Counted from the stretch's first letter, positions 42,546 through 53,906 are shown. The stretch is 64,000 nucleotides of DNA from an uncultured delta proteobacterium (GCA_963771465.1 CAVYTU010000009.1:96001-160000), one strand, 5' to 3'. Numbers and translations: made by a program. Notes: generated from the letters alone by a model not told the origin.

Positions 42546-42920
42546 TCATGCCTTAGCGCCTCCGGCCTTGGCGATCTTGCTCTCTTGGCTTGCGCTCAGA
42601 TGGTCTTGAGTTTTCTCCAGCGCTTCGCGAATTTCGTTTTCGTCGATGATCCGGTATCGGCGATACATGCTCGCGGTCATATGCCCTGTAATCTTCATGG
42701 CGACCACTTCCGATACTCCGGAGCGGCTCAAGTTTCTGGCTGCGCACCGGCGTAGGTCGTGAATGATCAAACCGACGTATTTTTTGCGCTGGCGTTTTTT
42801 CTTGGCGTCGCCTTCTGTCTGCTCTTTCTTCACGAACACGCCAAGGCCCGCAGCGACACACGCGGTTTGCCACGCCTTGCGAAAGTCGCCGATCTTCTTG
42901 CCGTCTAGCCATTTGAGTAG
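42546..42920 (-). pseudogene. Tyrosine integrase, C-terminal fragment
   Basis: GDFRKAWQTAC..HDLRRCAARN..ITGH..MYRRY; N-terminal domains absent. Confidence 0.88.
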
Positions 42921-43603
42921 CGCGAAGAAAAGTATCGGATCGATCCGGTTGGTAGGCGTGGTGATCGGCGAGAGTTGATCGATGGTCACGTCGTGGCCTT
43001 TGCTTTGAGCCAGCGAGCAATGGTCGATTTTTCAAAGCGTCGAGCCTTCCTTGAAATCTTGATCGACGGCAGCGAAATAGTTACCACGCGCGGAGCGTAC
43101 GAATCACTTTTGTGCGCCAGTATTTTCTTGGCGCACTAAGACAAGATGAACGATCTCGCCTCACAGTTCCGCTAGAATAAGGCCGAGATTGATAACCTGC
43201 GATGGCAACTTGGTGTCGTGCGACGACCGATTCGACAACCACGACGACAGTCGCCTATCTCATCACTTTTCCTTATGAAACATTGCCATCATTAGTGATC
43301 CAATACCTCCAAAAAAGACAAGTACACCAAAGCCAGGATCATTGTGAGCCACCAAACAAATGCCTCCCGTAACAAAAACGCCACCAAAAAAGGCATAAAG
43401 TATCGTTACAAATAATCGCATATTCATGGTCGGGATGTTGATCTGCATAGCTCTTATTAGATGGAAAATATTTAGGACTGTCAATGCGAAGTCATCCGGA
43501 GTTGTTAAACTTATAAAGTTGCGCTTATGAAAACTTGTTTGATATGTAGAAGCTGTCGTTTAATAAATCGATACCAGCGCATCGAATACTAGCGGTCATA
43601 ACG

Positions 43604-43903
43604 GTGGCTACCAATGGTGAGAATCTGGTTGCTCAAATCTGGAGAGGTGATGGAAAGCTCGCTGCCGAGAAACCGCTAGAATTTTGTTACGCGAGTTTAG
43701 GTCTCCGATTGCGACACCGACTTGACCACCAACCTCTGGTAATCGGCACCAAAGAAGACCCGCAGACCGCGCCGTCCCTTGGCTTGCGTTTCGCTGTGGT
43801 CGAAGTCACCGAGGATGATCCCGATCAACAAGGATGGCAAATCGGATACTACTTGTTGGACAAGGACGCGACAGAAGTTCGAAAACTTTTAGGAATTGAC
43901 TAA
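43604..43903 (+). CDS. Hypothetical protein
   Basis: 99-aa ORF with protein-like composition. Confidence 0.5.
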   Translation: MATNGENLVAQIWRGDGKLAAEKPLEFCYASLGLRLRHRLDHQPLVIGTKEDPQTAPSLGLRFAVVEVTEDDPDQQGWQIGYYLLDKDATEVRKLLGID

Positions 43904-44037
43904 AGGTTACGGTTTCAGTGTTTACAAGACGGTTCAGGTCCACCGATTAGTTCGATCTTTGTTTGCTACCGTGACTTCGGCCCGACTTTTACTTGTTTGA
44001 GACGAATCAGTAGACCGAGTAACGCGTTCACGGGTGA

Positions 44038-44466
44038 TTAGACCGGGAGCAGACCTTCATGATCTGGCGCATCAAGCTTTGCTTGCCGCCTCTTGCGGCG
44101 CTGAACGCGCCAACGAGACGCGAATGCACCGCTGGCGACGGTATCGTAATGTACCGGCTGGTCCCGGCACGGTCGCATCAAAGCAGCGACGTTATCGAGC
44201 TGAGCCGGATTGTACTCGAAAAGATAGACGCCATTGTCGAGCGTTAAGCGCTTCAGGCTTACGCGAGCCAGCGCTTGCACGATGTCAAAAAGCTCGTCGT
44301 CGTCAGTACCGGCGCTAACGATAGCAACCAACGACCCATCGTCTATGCTGATCAGACCTTGTTGACAGACCACATCGCCGTCCGGCTTGCGGTCCCTGCG
44401 AGTATACGGACAGTACACGAATCGGTTCGTCTCGCACCAACTTTTCAGATGAAAACTCATGGTCAA
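44038..44466 (-). CDS. Hypothetical protein
   Basis: AAGGAAG RBS, 142-aa ORF. Confidence 0.5.
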   Translation of the reverse strand: MTMSFHLKSWCETNRFVYCPYTRRDRKPDGDVVCQQGLISIDDGSLVAIVSAGTDDDELFDIVQALARVSLKRLTLDNGVYLFEYNPAQLDNVAALMRPCRDQPVHYDTVASGAFASRWRVQRRKRRQAKLDAPDHEGLLPV

Positions 44467-45822
44467 TCTTCCTTTGTGGCTATGGCCTTATTTCGTAACG
44501 TTTGCGCCGGTTAATGGTAATGTGTCAGTTGCTCAGTTTTTGCCCAATTTCGTAACACGCGACTTCAATGAATTCGCGGCCTTGCAACATTCCTTGGCGA
44601 GCGCTTTCGACAGTCCGTGACTTGCTCTCTGATTTGCGTTTCCGGTAGGCTCTTTGCCGGTCGGCCTCGGTCTCATACATCGCCGTCGTCCCTCGTTTTG
44701 GCTCGTGCAATCTCAACATGCCCAAGACGATGCCCAGCGCTTCCAACCGCCGCGTCTCAGCCACAATAATCTCAACGTCCCCGCGACTCATCGTGATCCA
44801 TCTCTCTCTTGCCACCGCTTGCGCCAATCGCGACGAAATATTTTCGGAATTGTCTAATATTGGACAGAAACCGTAACGCATACTGCAATTATCTGGGAGC
44901 AGATGAGACTTGAAATCCGACGAGTTCCGGAGGGCCGAATTTTTGTCTGCGGGAACTCGCGAGACCGGAGAGCATATATGAATACAAGCACACTGCTGGC
45001 GCTGTTTTTTGTTTGCTTGTCCCTGATCTCGTTGCTTTCGGTGAAGCCGAATTGGGACACCTCTGAGTTGCAATTGGGCCACAATCCACCGAGGATTTCC
45101 GAGGTAGTCCTCCGCAGTAAGATGGGACGGTAGAGTATGCAAGACGCTGATCCCATCAGGCATGGGCTTATGCAACGTTGGAAGGTGAGAGAATGGCAAC
45201 CGTTGGAGGTTTTGATACTCATCGTGCTGGCGTTTGTCTTCTATTTACTCTCTGCGATTATGTTGGAGCGAGTGGGATAAGAAACATTTCGACGCGATCG
45301 CTGTACCCAAGGAAAAAAGGGTTGGCCAGGGGGACAATTCTTCCTGATTTCATAATAGCATCCCAACGGCTCACCCCGCCGGTTCTTTATATCAGAGGAA
45401 TGCCTATCGCCCGAGAACCGCCATCCGAAAAAATCCAGTATTCCAGTGAAATTGACGCTACCCGATTGAGCTTTCTGCTTCCGCGCAATCGCACTACCTT
45501 CTCAGGTTTTCGGAGGTCGCAAATCAGCGAGTGCCTGATAGTCACCGAGCGCCATCCAGGTTAGCCTCGCGAGAGTACACATGCCGTGGCAAGAGACGTT
45601 CCGTTTATCGCTATCAAGCGCCAATTGAAGTGCTGGCTTTAAATAATCCGAGCCTATGATTTATGCGCGACGACCACATGGCGAGTTAAGATTTAGTGAA
45701 GTGTCCATAGTGAACTGGCTTATGGATTTCACAAGCGTTACGCTCTTGCTGGTTATTTTGTCTCTGTAGGAATGATTTCATATGGGTTCTCAAGAAGTGA
45801 TTGCAGTAGGCGGAGAGCAATT

Positions 45823-46170
45823 GTGAAGGTTCTGATAGAAATACCGCTAGAGCATTATCAGCTCTTCATCGCTGCGTGCGATACAACTTCTCGGGAGTAC
45901 ACTATCCTTAAAAATGCTATTATTCTCCTCTCTTCGGGAACTAACCCTAATCAACGTATCGTTCAATTCATGTGCGACGAAGACGAAGCTCATAAGCTCC
46001 TCCGCATCGCCGGACTGGTATGCCACGAAGTAACCGGTCCGATCAGCGCCGCGATTGATGTGCATGCACCAAGTCTAGTTCAAACTGCACCAGCGAGCGA
46101 AGATTCGCCGGCCAGGCGACCACGGAGGATTGGGAACGCCCTGCATCAGTTTCGGTCGGTCCGCCTATAG
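45823..46170 (+). CDS. Hypothetical protein
   Basis: GGAGAG RBS, GTG start, MKVLIEIPLEHYQLF.. Confidence 0.55.
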   Translation: MKVLIEIPLEHYQLFIAACDTTSREYTILKNAIILLSSGTNPNQRIVQFMCDEDEAHKLLRIAGLVCHEVTGPISAAIDVHAPSLVQTAPASEDSPARRPRRIGNALHQFRSVRL

Positions 46171-46273
46171 TCGTTGGGGGGCGACGCCCCGGTTTCTACG
46201 TGACCGGGTGGCGCCAGCGACACTATTGACGAACTGATTGCGGCGTACCTATGGTCCTCTCTCCTTCAATTTT

Positions 46274-46513
46274 TTAACGTTCAACTCTCTCAAGCAACGC
46301 TTGCCACGTCTTGTCTTTGCCAATCGGTAGCAGCAACACAGCCGCTCTACGGATGATTGATGCTTTATTCCGACATTCGTCCGAGCAGTAGCGGCGCGGC
46401 TCAATCTTCAAGCCGGTCTGTGGAAAGCGAACCGAACATAACGGACTGTCGCAAACGATATCGGCGTCCTTCAAGAGTGACGTTTCTACAGCGTGTGAGC
46501 TTGCTAAAATCAA
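46274..46513 (-). CDS. Small zinc-finger protein (CGNR-like, mobile-element type)
   Basis: CDSPLC..RRYCSDECRNKA. Confidence 0.5.
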   Translation of the reverse strand: MILASSHAVETSLLKDADIVCDSPLCSVRFPQTGLKIEPRRYCSDECRNKASIIRRAAVLLLPIGKDKTWQALLERVER

Positions 46514-47983
46514 CGATCTGCTCCAACCATGATGTTACCCCTAACAGAGCGCGGGGTTTCGTTTCCTCGTTTCTTCCGCCAGTCGCGTCGCAAGATCGAC
46601 CGGCGTCGGCCTGCTCAGCTCCAACGCTTCAACGCGGCGCGAGAACCTGGCGTCGATGGTATCGTACTGTGAATGGATTCCTGGCAGCTCTCGGCGTCTA
46701 CGATTGACGACCGTGAGCCGCTGGTTGCAATCGGCGATCAAAAAACTTTGCAAATGCAGGAGCCGGAAAAGATCGAAGCAGGCCAGCTTGATCTCGACCT
46801 TGACGGCATATGCACAGCTCCGCCCTTGGCTCTTAACGGATTATCGCGCCAGGCTAAGGCTTCGCGGCCTTCGGCAGTACGTCCGTCAATTCCGGCCAAA
46901 CCTCGCGCTCGCAAGCGTCCAGACCGCGTGTGATCGCCGTGCTTCTGGTACTCGCGACGGCTCTTTGGCTCTAGTGGTGCGTCGCTCATGCTAGTTCGCG
47001 AACCCGGACAATTGACGGACATACCGAAAATTCACTTTACGGCAAAGGACTTAGATAGGAACATCCGCTTTGTAGTCAGACGGACATTCGGCGTCTTTGG
47101 CGATAACGACTGTGGGCGCGGGTCGCTCACTCGTTTTTGACTTGCATTCGGCAGTTCGTCGTTTAGCATAGCGTACGTTTTAGCGAGGCATGGTTGCACT
47201 GACTTCTTGCCGGTCGGACTTTGTTTACGCGCAAATAGAAATATCAACGTGAAAAAAGAAAACGGCACCGACGTAGAAAAGATAACAAGCAAATAACGCA
47301 GCTAAACACGGTAGCAACCCGCCATAGAATATTTTCTCTATCGTGGACAGCCTTCGTGGCCTTTGCGGTAATTTTTGGCGTGATCCAGGGCGGTGCCGCG
47401 TTTGCACCGAAAGTTTCCGTCGCCCCATTATTGGCATTAGATCCGCTTGATCCATTCTCAACACCTTTTGTTCTTTCAAACGATGGCGTCCTATCCATCC
47501 ACTCCGTCGAGTACGCGTGTGTTATCAATCACGTAACACCGAAAGGGATAACACATACAAAAACGGCTTAATCAGCGGATGGTTTAGCGCAAGGAAACGC
47601 TTATATCCCTCTGAAAAGGACACCCTTCGATGTCCCTTTCCTTTCAAGTTCCCGCGACGGACGATGACCAGTGGCGATATCTCCTTGAGAATATCTCTTC
47701 GGCCTAGTTTCTTTATTTGGAAACGAGAGTGGTTATTTCGTTTCGTCACCATCAAAACAGCAACGAACCAATACTGTGGGTTCCGAAAAGTTTAGAATAA
47801 ATGCTTAATGCTACGGTCAATTCACGCTTTAAGAACCCATGCGGCGACATGGTGAAAATCGTCCGTCTTTTGTCCGTGAACTGCGCCGAAACCGCTTTGT
47901 CGGTGGTTGCTTGGCGGAGAGAGATAGCTTGAAAAGACTACGTAGTTAGTAAGGTGTGGTTCTTACTTTCCCGACTGCCGACA

Positions 47984-48028
47984 CTTTTAAGCAGAGGGTC
48001 GCCGGTTCGAATCCGGCACGGCTCACCA
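47984..48028 (+). repeat. att core copy 2 (tRNA-Lys 3' 45 bp)
   Basis: Identical to 42412-42456. Confidence 0.95.
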
Positions 48029-48113
48029 CTTTCCCCCGTTTTGCAGTCAGACGTAAATTCCCCGCTTTCATGCTTGCAGCGATGATGCCTGCCGCGCTAT
48101 CGATATAGGTCAA

Positions 48114-48653
48114 ATGAAAACGTTTAGGGAAAACATCGTCAGGGTAGGTGCGGTAATGCTGGGGTTGCCGCTCGCTTATGCTGGGTGCTCTACCCGTCAA
48201 GAGCCTGTGCCGCAGTCTGGGCCACGCTTTGTGACGATGCGCACGAAGTTCGATTATTCGGAACATGAGTCCTACGCGAAAGCCGGCGATAATGGCATAC
48301 GCGGCCAAGCGTTTATCCGGCAGGAAAGAGATAGTCTCGCGACGTGTGCAGGGAACCGCGTTTTGTTGCTGCCGGCGACATCTTACTTTCGTGAAATGTT
48401 CTGGCACATGATCATCGCTGGCAGCGAACCTAACCCTCCGAAGACGCCCCATCCCAGTCTGAAAGGCATGATCAGGCGGACTGAGTGCGACGCAAAAGGC
48501 AATTTCTCGTTTGCGGAAATTCCGGACGGTACGTGGTTTGTATTGACCCAAGTAAATGCCAAACAGGACCGGGTATTGATAACGGAGATGACCCTGGCGA
48601 ATGGCGAGACGGCTCAAGTGCTACTCACTGATAAACACATCGTTCGTCGCTGA
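48114..48653 (+). CDS. Lipoprotein with carboxypeptidase-regulatory-like (beta-sandwich) domain
   Basis: Lipobox LAYAGC; GQAF..AGNRVLLLP..CDAKGNFSF.EIPDG.W. Confidence 0.75.
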   Translation: MKTFRENIVRVGAVMLGLPLAYAGCSTRQEPVPQSGPRFVTMRTKFDYSEHESYAKAGDNGIRGQAFIRQERDSLATCAGNRVLLLPATSYFREMFWHMIIAGSEPNPPKTPHPSLKGMIRRTECDAKGNFSFAEIPDGTWFVLTQVNAKQDRVLITEMTLANGETAQVLLTDKHIVRR

Positions 48654-48771
48654 CTTTCGCTGTCTGTGTTTTGTCCGTGAACTGTCGCCGAAAGGGCTTC
48701 TCGGTGAGAGAAGCCTTGAAAAACCCACGTGGTTTAGTAAGGTGTGGTTCTTAATTTCCCTCTTGCCTACA

Positions 48772-48816
48772 CTTTTAAGCAGAGGGTCGCCGGTTCAAAT
48801 CCGGCACGGCTCACCA
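48772..48816 (+). repeat. att core copy 3 (tRNA-Lys 3' 45 bp, one mismatch)
   Basis: TTCAAAT in place of TTCGAAT, otherwise identical; 4 bp before tRNA-Glu. Confidence 0.95.
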
Positions 48817-48820
48817 ATAC

Positions 48821-48898
48821 GTCCCCGTCGTCTAGCTCGGCCCAGGACACCGGCCTTTCACGCCGATAACACGGGTTCAAATCCCGTCGGGGACGCCA
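48821..48898 (+). tRNA. tRNA-Glu(TTC)
   Basis: GTCCCCG..anticodon loop CTTTCAC..GGTTCAAATCC..CGGGGAC GCCA. Confidence 0.95.
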
Positions 48899-49875
48899 AA
48901 TTTTTCCAGTAGTTAGAATTTGATCTAGAAAAGGTTCCGGCAAAGGTTCCGGTTTTCTGCTCTCTGGCGGATTGTTTCGGTTGTTCGACATAAGCTCTGA
49001 GCAGAGCGTCACCGTCGTCACGGATATACTTCCCGTAGTGTTCTTGAATCATGGCAATACTGGTTCCGGTCTGTTCCGCAATCCACTTTTGATTACAGCC
49101 TAACGTCAAGGCGATACTGATAAACGTGTGAGGTGTGCTGTAGAACGGTCGCGAACGAATCTTGAGAACGCGCAGCACGGGTTGAAAGCTGCAACGATTA
49201 AATTCCGATTGGTCTATGGGTTTGCCTTGTCCGTCTGTAAAAACGTAGCCGTTGGGCTCTACGCGCAGCGGGAGAATGGTTTTTAAAAGCTCTACGACGT
49301 TAGGCAGCAATGACACCGTTCGGCGACTTGCCCTAGTCTTGGTCGCGTTCCCGTCCAGAATCGGAAATAGACGAACGCATAAGCCGACGGCGGACGGTTA
49401 GCGCGATAGTAGGCTAGAATCGCGTCGCGTTCCTGCTCTGTATACGGATCGGGCTCTCTTTGTGGCAATCGCGGCCACCAATTAGCCGGCAGATCGTTGA
49501 AGGGGTTTCGGTCCAGACGTCGACCCGCGTCCCGAACCATCGCTCTTAAGGAACCGTCAATGATGTTCCGCGCAGTCTTTAGGGCTAAGCGCCGCTCATC
49601 GATCAAATGAATACGAAAACTCTCTAGCGTGTCCACGTCCAAGGTTTTTAATTCCTTGTCGCCCATGAATGGTAAAATATTCTTATTGAAGTTTTGCTGA
49701 TAGTCCCGTTGCAGACTTAACCTGACAAAGGGTGGTTTCTTTTTCTGAATCCACTCTTCGTAAAAGGCCCGAACGGTTTGCGGCTTGAGCTCAACAGGCT
49801 TGGTCTCAACGGGCTTGAACTCGTCCGCGCGGTTTCCGTTCGGGAACCATCGCAAATATTCAAACCGCCCCCCTT
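48858..49875 (-). pseudogene. Tyrosine integrase (5'-truncated, internal deletion/frameshift ~49340)
   Basis: FEYLRWFPNG (arm-binding-domain tail), FWTGTRP joined out of frame to KTRASRRTV, YSTPHT (Pro at the catalytic Arg position), HYGKY. Confidence 0.88.
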
Positions 49876-51099
49876 CGCCGCGAGTACTCAAGAACCGATG
49901 CCAAGGGTCGTATCTCGCTTCTGAAGACCATTTACGATACGTCATCAAACGCCCAGCTTCCTTTTGAAATTGCGAGCCTCGCGGTAAACGACGAACACGT
50001 AGAGGTCCGAGAATGGATCGCGTTAAACGGTAGATGGCTTGACTATAGCGAACGCCGTGACGAAAGCATCACCGATGTGATTACTCCCTCGCAAAGAAAT
50101 CTGGAAGAGCAACTAAGACATGATACCGAACCGTTCGTTGGGGCACGACTCCGAGAAAATCCCACCGTCCACTTTGGTTGTCACTCACAACAATTTCAGA
50201 CCGCAACCCACATGGAGCGGCTCGCCACGATGTGTAATCCCCAGCTTTGGATTACGGACGCTTGCAGGTTGCTCGAAAAACTCTTCGACTACGAAAACAA
50301 CGAACTCGCGATCTCGCTTGAACAGCGCAAAGAACTGATCGCCGCCTTTCTCACCAACCACAAGCTAATCGCCCAACTGAAAGAGTGGACTGAGGGTACT
50401 GAGAGAAGAACTTTTACGTCAATTCTCTGGGACCTAGCGTCAAAATGGCCAAGGTCTCCTGAGTCGGAAGTAAGGCGAACCGTCAGACCGATCTTGATGC
50501 CTCACCATGTGTATGTTTATTTGCCGGCCGACGACGAAACCAAGGCGAGAGTATATCGGAAAGAGGATAATGCCCTTTGCAGGCAGTGGATTATTGAAGA
50601 TTATAGCCCAGAAGACGTTCAAACGATCGAACTCGGCAAGAAGGACAAAGACAAGTCTTGCCGTGAGCAAGCTCGACGTGTTTCTCAGAAACCAATAATG
50701 TCGGACGAAGATTATGACGAAAAGGAGAAGCAAGAATGGGCGGCAAAGGCAAAGTACCGCCAAGAGTTGATGACATTCTATACCCGCCTTGCGATAGCCC
50801 TAATCGTCGTCAAACTTTATTTCCCAGAATGGTCTAATGTCGCTTTGGGTGTCAGCATTGGATTGTCTGGAATCTTAATTCTTATATCTGTTTTTGAGCA
50901 TGTCGTCCGTAGATTTCAAAGAAAAAGAGAATGGACACAAAGCGCCATCGCGCAAGTGTATCTCGACGATAGTCTAGAAAAAGCTCGCGATTTATTGGAA
51001 AAGGGTCTGTCTCCACTCGTAATTTCGAAAGAAACAGGGCTTTCTCTAAAAATCCTTAAACGCGAGGGGGTAATAATTGACGAGTTTAAAAACCCATAA
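49870..51099 (+). pseudogene. 5'-truncated membrane protein (two C-terminal TM helices)
   Basis: The 50077 frame stays open upstream (LRREYSRTDAKGRISLLKTIYD..VREWIALNG) with no start codon. Confidence 0.55.
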
Positions 51100-51601
51100 A
51101 CGGACCGGCTTTTAATAATTGTTGCGATGAAACGCTGTAGGCACATTGATTAGGTGGATCGTCAGAGCAACGCGTGAGAGTGCGGAAATTGAGACCGCAA
51201 TAGCAGTGCCCGTTCGATTTTTTACCCCCTTCGTTATCGGCGGCGCCACTTTCCTTTTTATTAACGGTCAAAGAGCGTCAAGACGCTAACCCGCACCTCA
51301 CAACAATCGTGCGCGAAACGACCAGTGGTTAGCCGGCGCCCTTCCGTTACTCTCCACTCTCCGAGCTTCGCTTCGCTCCACTTCAGGGCCACGGCCGTTT
51401 ATTGATCTCCTACCCGCCCGCACGCGGAAGACTGTCTGCGCTTCTCTTCGACAGACATCCGCGCACCCGTTCGCCCACATGGACTCCCGGTGAGTCGACC
51501 GGCGTATCGGAGTTCGCCGCGAAGCTGAAACGAGAATTCTGTGACCTTTGTGAATTGCGTTATGAGTTTCTTCCTAGACGTGGGTGAGCGAATTTCTACC
51601 T

Positions 51602-51994
51602 TTAGGCAGCCAGCAAATGGGTCCGCAGGACATCACGTAGCAGCGGCAACTGAAACGGTCTGTACAAAATCTCTGCGGCGCCGGCATTAAGCGCACGATT
51701 GGCACGCTCTTCAACGTTGCAGTCCGTGGTCCAACCGCTAATTAAGACCAACGGGATATTGCGGGTAGACGTATTCCTCTTTAATTGGACTGTAACTTCA
51801 TCTCCATTTAGTCCGGGCAAACGTATATCCATCATGATCAGATCAGGATGGATGCTGAAAGCCTTGTCGAAGCCCTCTGGACCCGTGGTCGCTTCAAAAA
51901 CTTCATGGCCCAAACCAGTGAAAAATTCTCGAAGCGATTCTCTAAACTTTTCGTTGCTATCGACGATCAATATTTTCCTAGCCGTGTTCCGCAT
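51602..51994 (-). CDS. Single-domain response regulator (atypical receiver)
   Basis: KILIVDS..PDLIMMDIRLPGLNG..; YRP where KP is expected. Confidence 0.8.
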   Translation of the reverse strand: MRNTARKILIVDSNEKFRESLREFFTGLGHEVFEATTGPEGFDKAFSIHPDLIMMDIRLPGLNGDEVTVQLKRNTSTRNIPLVLISGWTTDCNVEERANRALNAGAAEILYRPFQLPLLRDVLRTHLLAA

Positions 51995-52323
51995 GGACGA
52001 CGGTATGAGCACAAGGCATGCCACGGCCTGCAAATGTCCGTGTTTGGGTATTTTATCGCCGTTAGCGTCTATGCAGAGATGTTTGCCGCTGCAAGGTGCT
52101 TGGAGAATGACTGTCACTTTGCCACAATTCGCCTGCCCCGCAACTAAGCGGTGGCTAGCGAAGTGAGTCAGGTCCCAACCTGGGACGAAGTACACCCTAA
52201 AGTTAAAAATTGTGGTGGGGATGATTCATAGTCCTGATCGAGATAAGCTGGCCCAGCTTCCAATCCTGGACTAGCAAGAACAAGAATAGGTAGGAAACCG
52301 AAGTGAAACCTAACCGGCACGGC

Positions 52324-53450
52324 TCAGTCGACGGTGAGATACGCGTCTCGATGCCCCTCCTGGCGCACCAACGACTGGCGCACTGCATCCGCCTCTTCTC
52401 GCGCGTTGAAATGTCCGACCCGCACTCGATAATAAGTTTGTCCCTTGACTTCGGCCTGGACCACATAGCCGTCGTAACCGTTAGCGTTTAATTTCTGCAC
52501 CAAAGTATCGGCAACATCTTTCGCCGGCGCCGCGGAAATCTGCACCGACCAATTTTTGCTCAATCTCCCGCCTTCCGCCGGGTGAGCGATGGGAGCTGTG
52601 TTCACTTGCACAGCTGCTCGCTCCGCGCCTGGACTTTTTGCGGCCAACGGTATCATGGTATTCGGGGTTGGGGCCGAGGCATGAACGTCCGGCTTTGCTG
52701 GTGCTGGTTCAGTCTTTTGTTTCGCGAGCTCGCTAGGCGTGTCGATCGAAGGCATATTCTGCGGTCTCAAGCCAATCTTCTCAGTCGAGGTCGGGTTCGC
52801 GCCATGGCCCGGTTGTGAATCGCATAATCCGCGGGCAGACCTAGAAAGAGGATGACCGCGGCGCTTGCGACTAAGATTGCCGTCAACGCGACAGCCAGCG
52901 TTCGTTTTAATTGGAAACGCCGGCGAACTTTCGGGCGCTCTTCACGCTCGTGCGCATGGAATTCCTGATGATCGGCTAACTTCCAATCACCCTGGTCCGT
53001 TTCGCTTAGCATCGATCCGTTTGACAGCGACCAGGCTTCGCTCAACGTCGCTCCAGTTTGCAGCACCGGGCGAAACCTTGTGATTAGCTCATCCGCTTTA
53101 GTCTTGCGTAATTCGGCCGCGCAAGGTTCAAAAGTAAAGCCCGTCGGCTTTAAGTGTTGAGATTGAAAATCGGTTTCATTTTCATGGCGTAGCAGCGCCT
53201 CCCGGATATTCGCCGACTCGCCGATGAAAATTTGGCAATCGAAGCCGAAGAGCCCATATACGCCGGATGTTGGCGGGGCGAAGCGTAGGATTGTCTCCCT
53301 AGTGAAACTGGTGCAACAACCGTCCGGTTGCCACGACAAGTTCCAGCTCATCGATTCTTTGTCAATCTCAGTAATAGCCGGCTTCAAGATCGGCACCCCA
53401 AACAATTTCATGGATCGCTCCGTATTCTGTTCAAAAGCGGAATAGATCAA
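52324..53450 (-). pseudogene. GIY-YIG-like / TM / SPOR fusion, split by a 1-nt frameshift near 52803
   Basis: SGVYGL..IFIGESANIREALLRH; TM LAVALTAILVASAAVILFLG; SPOR WSVQISA..YYRVRVGHF. Adding one base gives continuous RANGANPTSTEKIGLRPQNMP. Confidence 0.7.
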
Positions 53451-53564
53451 TACAAATGCGAATAGTTTAAGTGATTACGGCGGGTCTGTCACGACATAAT
53501 CAATCTATAACCCGGCACGTCATTCCAGGCGCAGGCCAGGGAGATTTTTAACGACCGTTGTGAG

Positions 53565-53906
53565 TCACTTAATGGGATTTAGAAAGAAACGACAGTCATG
53601 AACCCGTTTCTCTTCGAGCCTTGTCGATGCGAGCTCCGCGGGCAATAAAATACTTCGCCGCAACGTCTTATCAGACAAGATCGCGGTCAAGATCACGTAA
53701 GCTGCAAACGCCATAGAGGCAAATATCCAAAGTCCTGCTCCGAGGAGAATGATACCTAAAGTCAGGACGACATAAGGAACCAAAGGCTGCTTAGTCATCT
53801 TTTCCCGAGAACCATTGCGTTCGGTACTTGTCGAACCAAGAACAAACTCCTCCGACCTGCTCTCTAGAGCCTTTGCCGCTCCACCCAACATTCTATCCAT
53901 AGCCAT
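53565..53906 (-). CDS. Small membrane protein
   Basis: AAGGAGG RBS before MAMDR; two hydrophobic helices. Confidence 0.5.
   Translation of the reverse strand: MAMDRMLGGAAKALESRSEEFVLGSTSTERNGSREKMTKQPLVPYVVLTLGIILLGAGLWIFASMAFAAYVILTAILSDKTLRRSILLPAELASTRLEEKRVHDCRFFLNPIK

Larger units (their letters stand above)
42412..48028. mobile_element. Degenerate integrative element A in tRNA-Lys (~5.6 kb)
   Basis: 45-bp tRNA 3' segment duplicated exactly at 47984-48028; integrase remnant next to the tRNA. Confidence 0.85.

Noticed and set aside
45366-45375. ACGGCTCACC match to the tRNA-Lys 3' end
   Set aside because: Only 10 bp with no end module; compatible with chance
47984-48816. Extra tRNA-Lys genes
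   Set aside because: Only the 3' 45 nt are present; there is no 5' acceptor strand or D-arm, so these are att sites
47946-49021. Minus-strand ORFs containing VSRAGFEPATLCLKV and WRPRRDLNPC
   Set aside because: Antisense translations of tRNA and att sequences, not proteins
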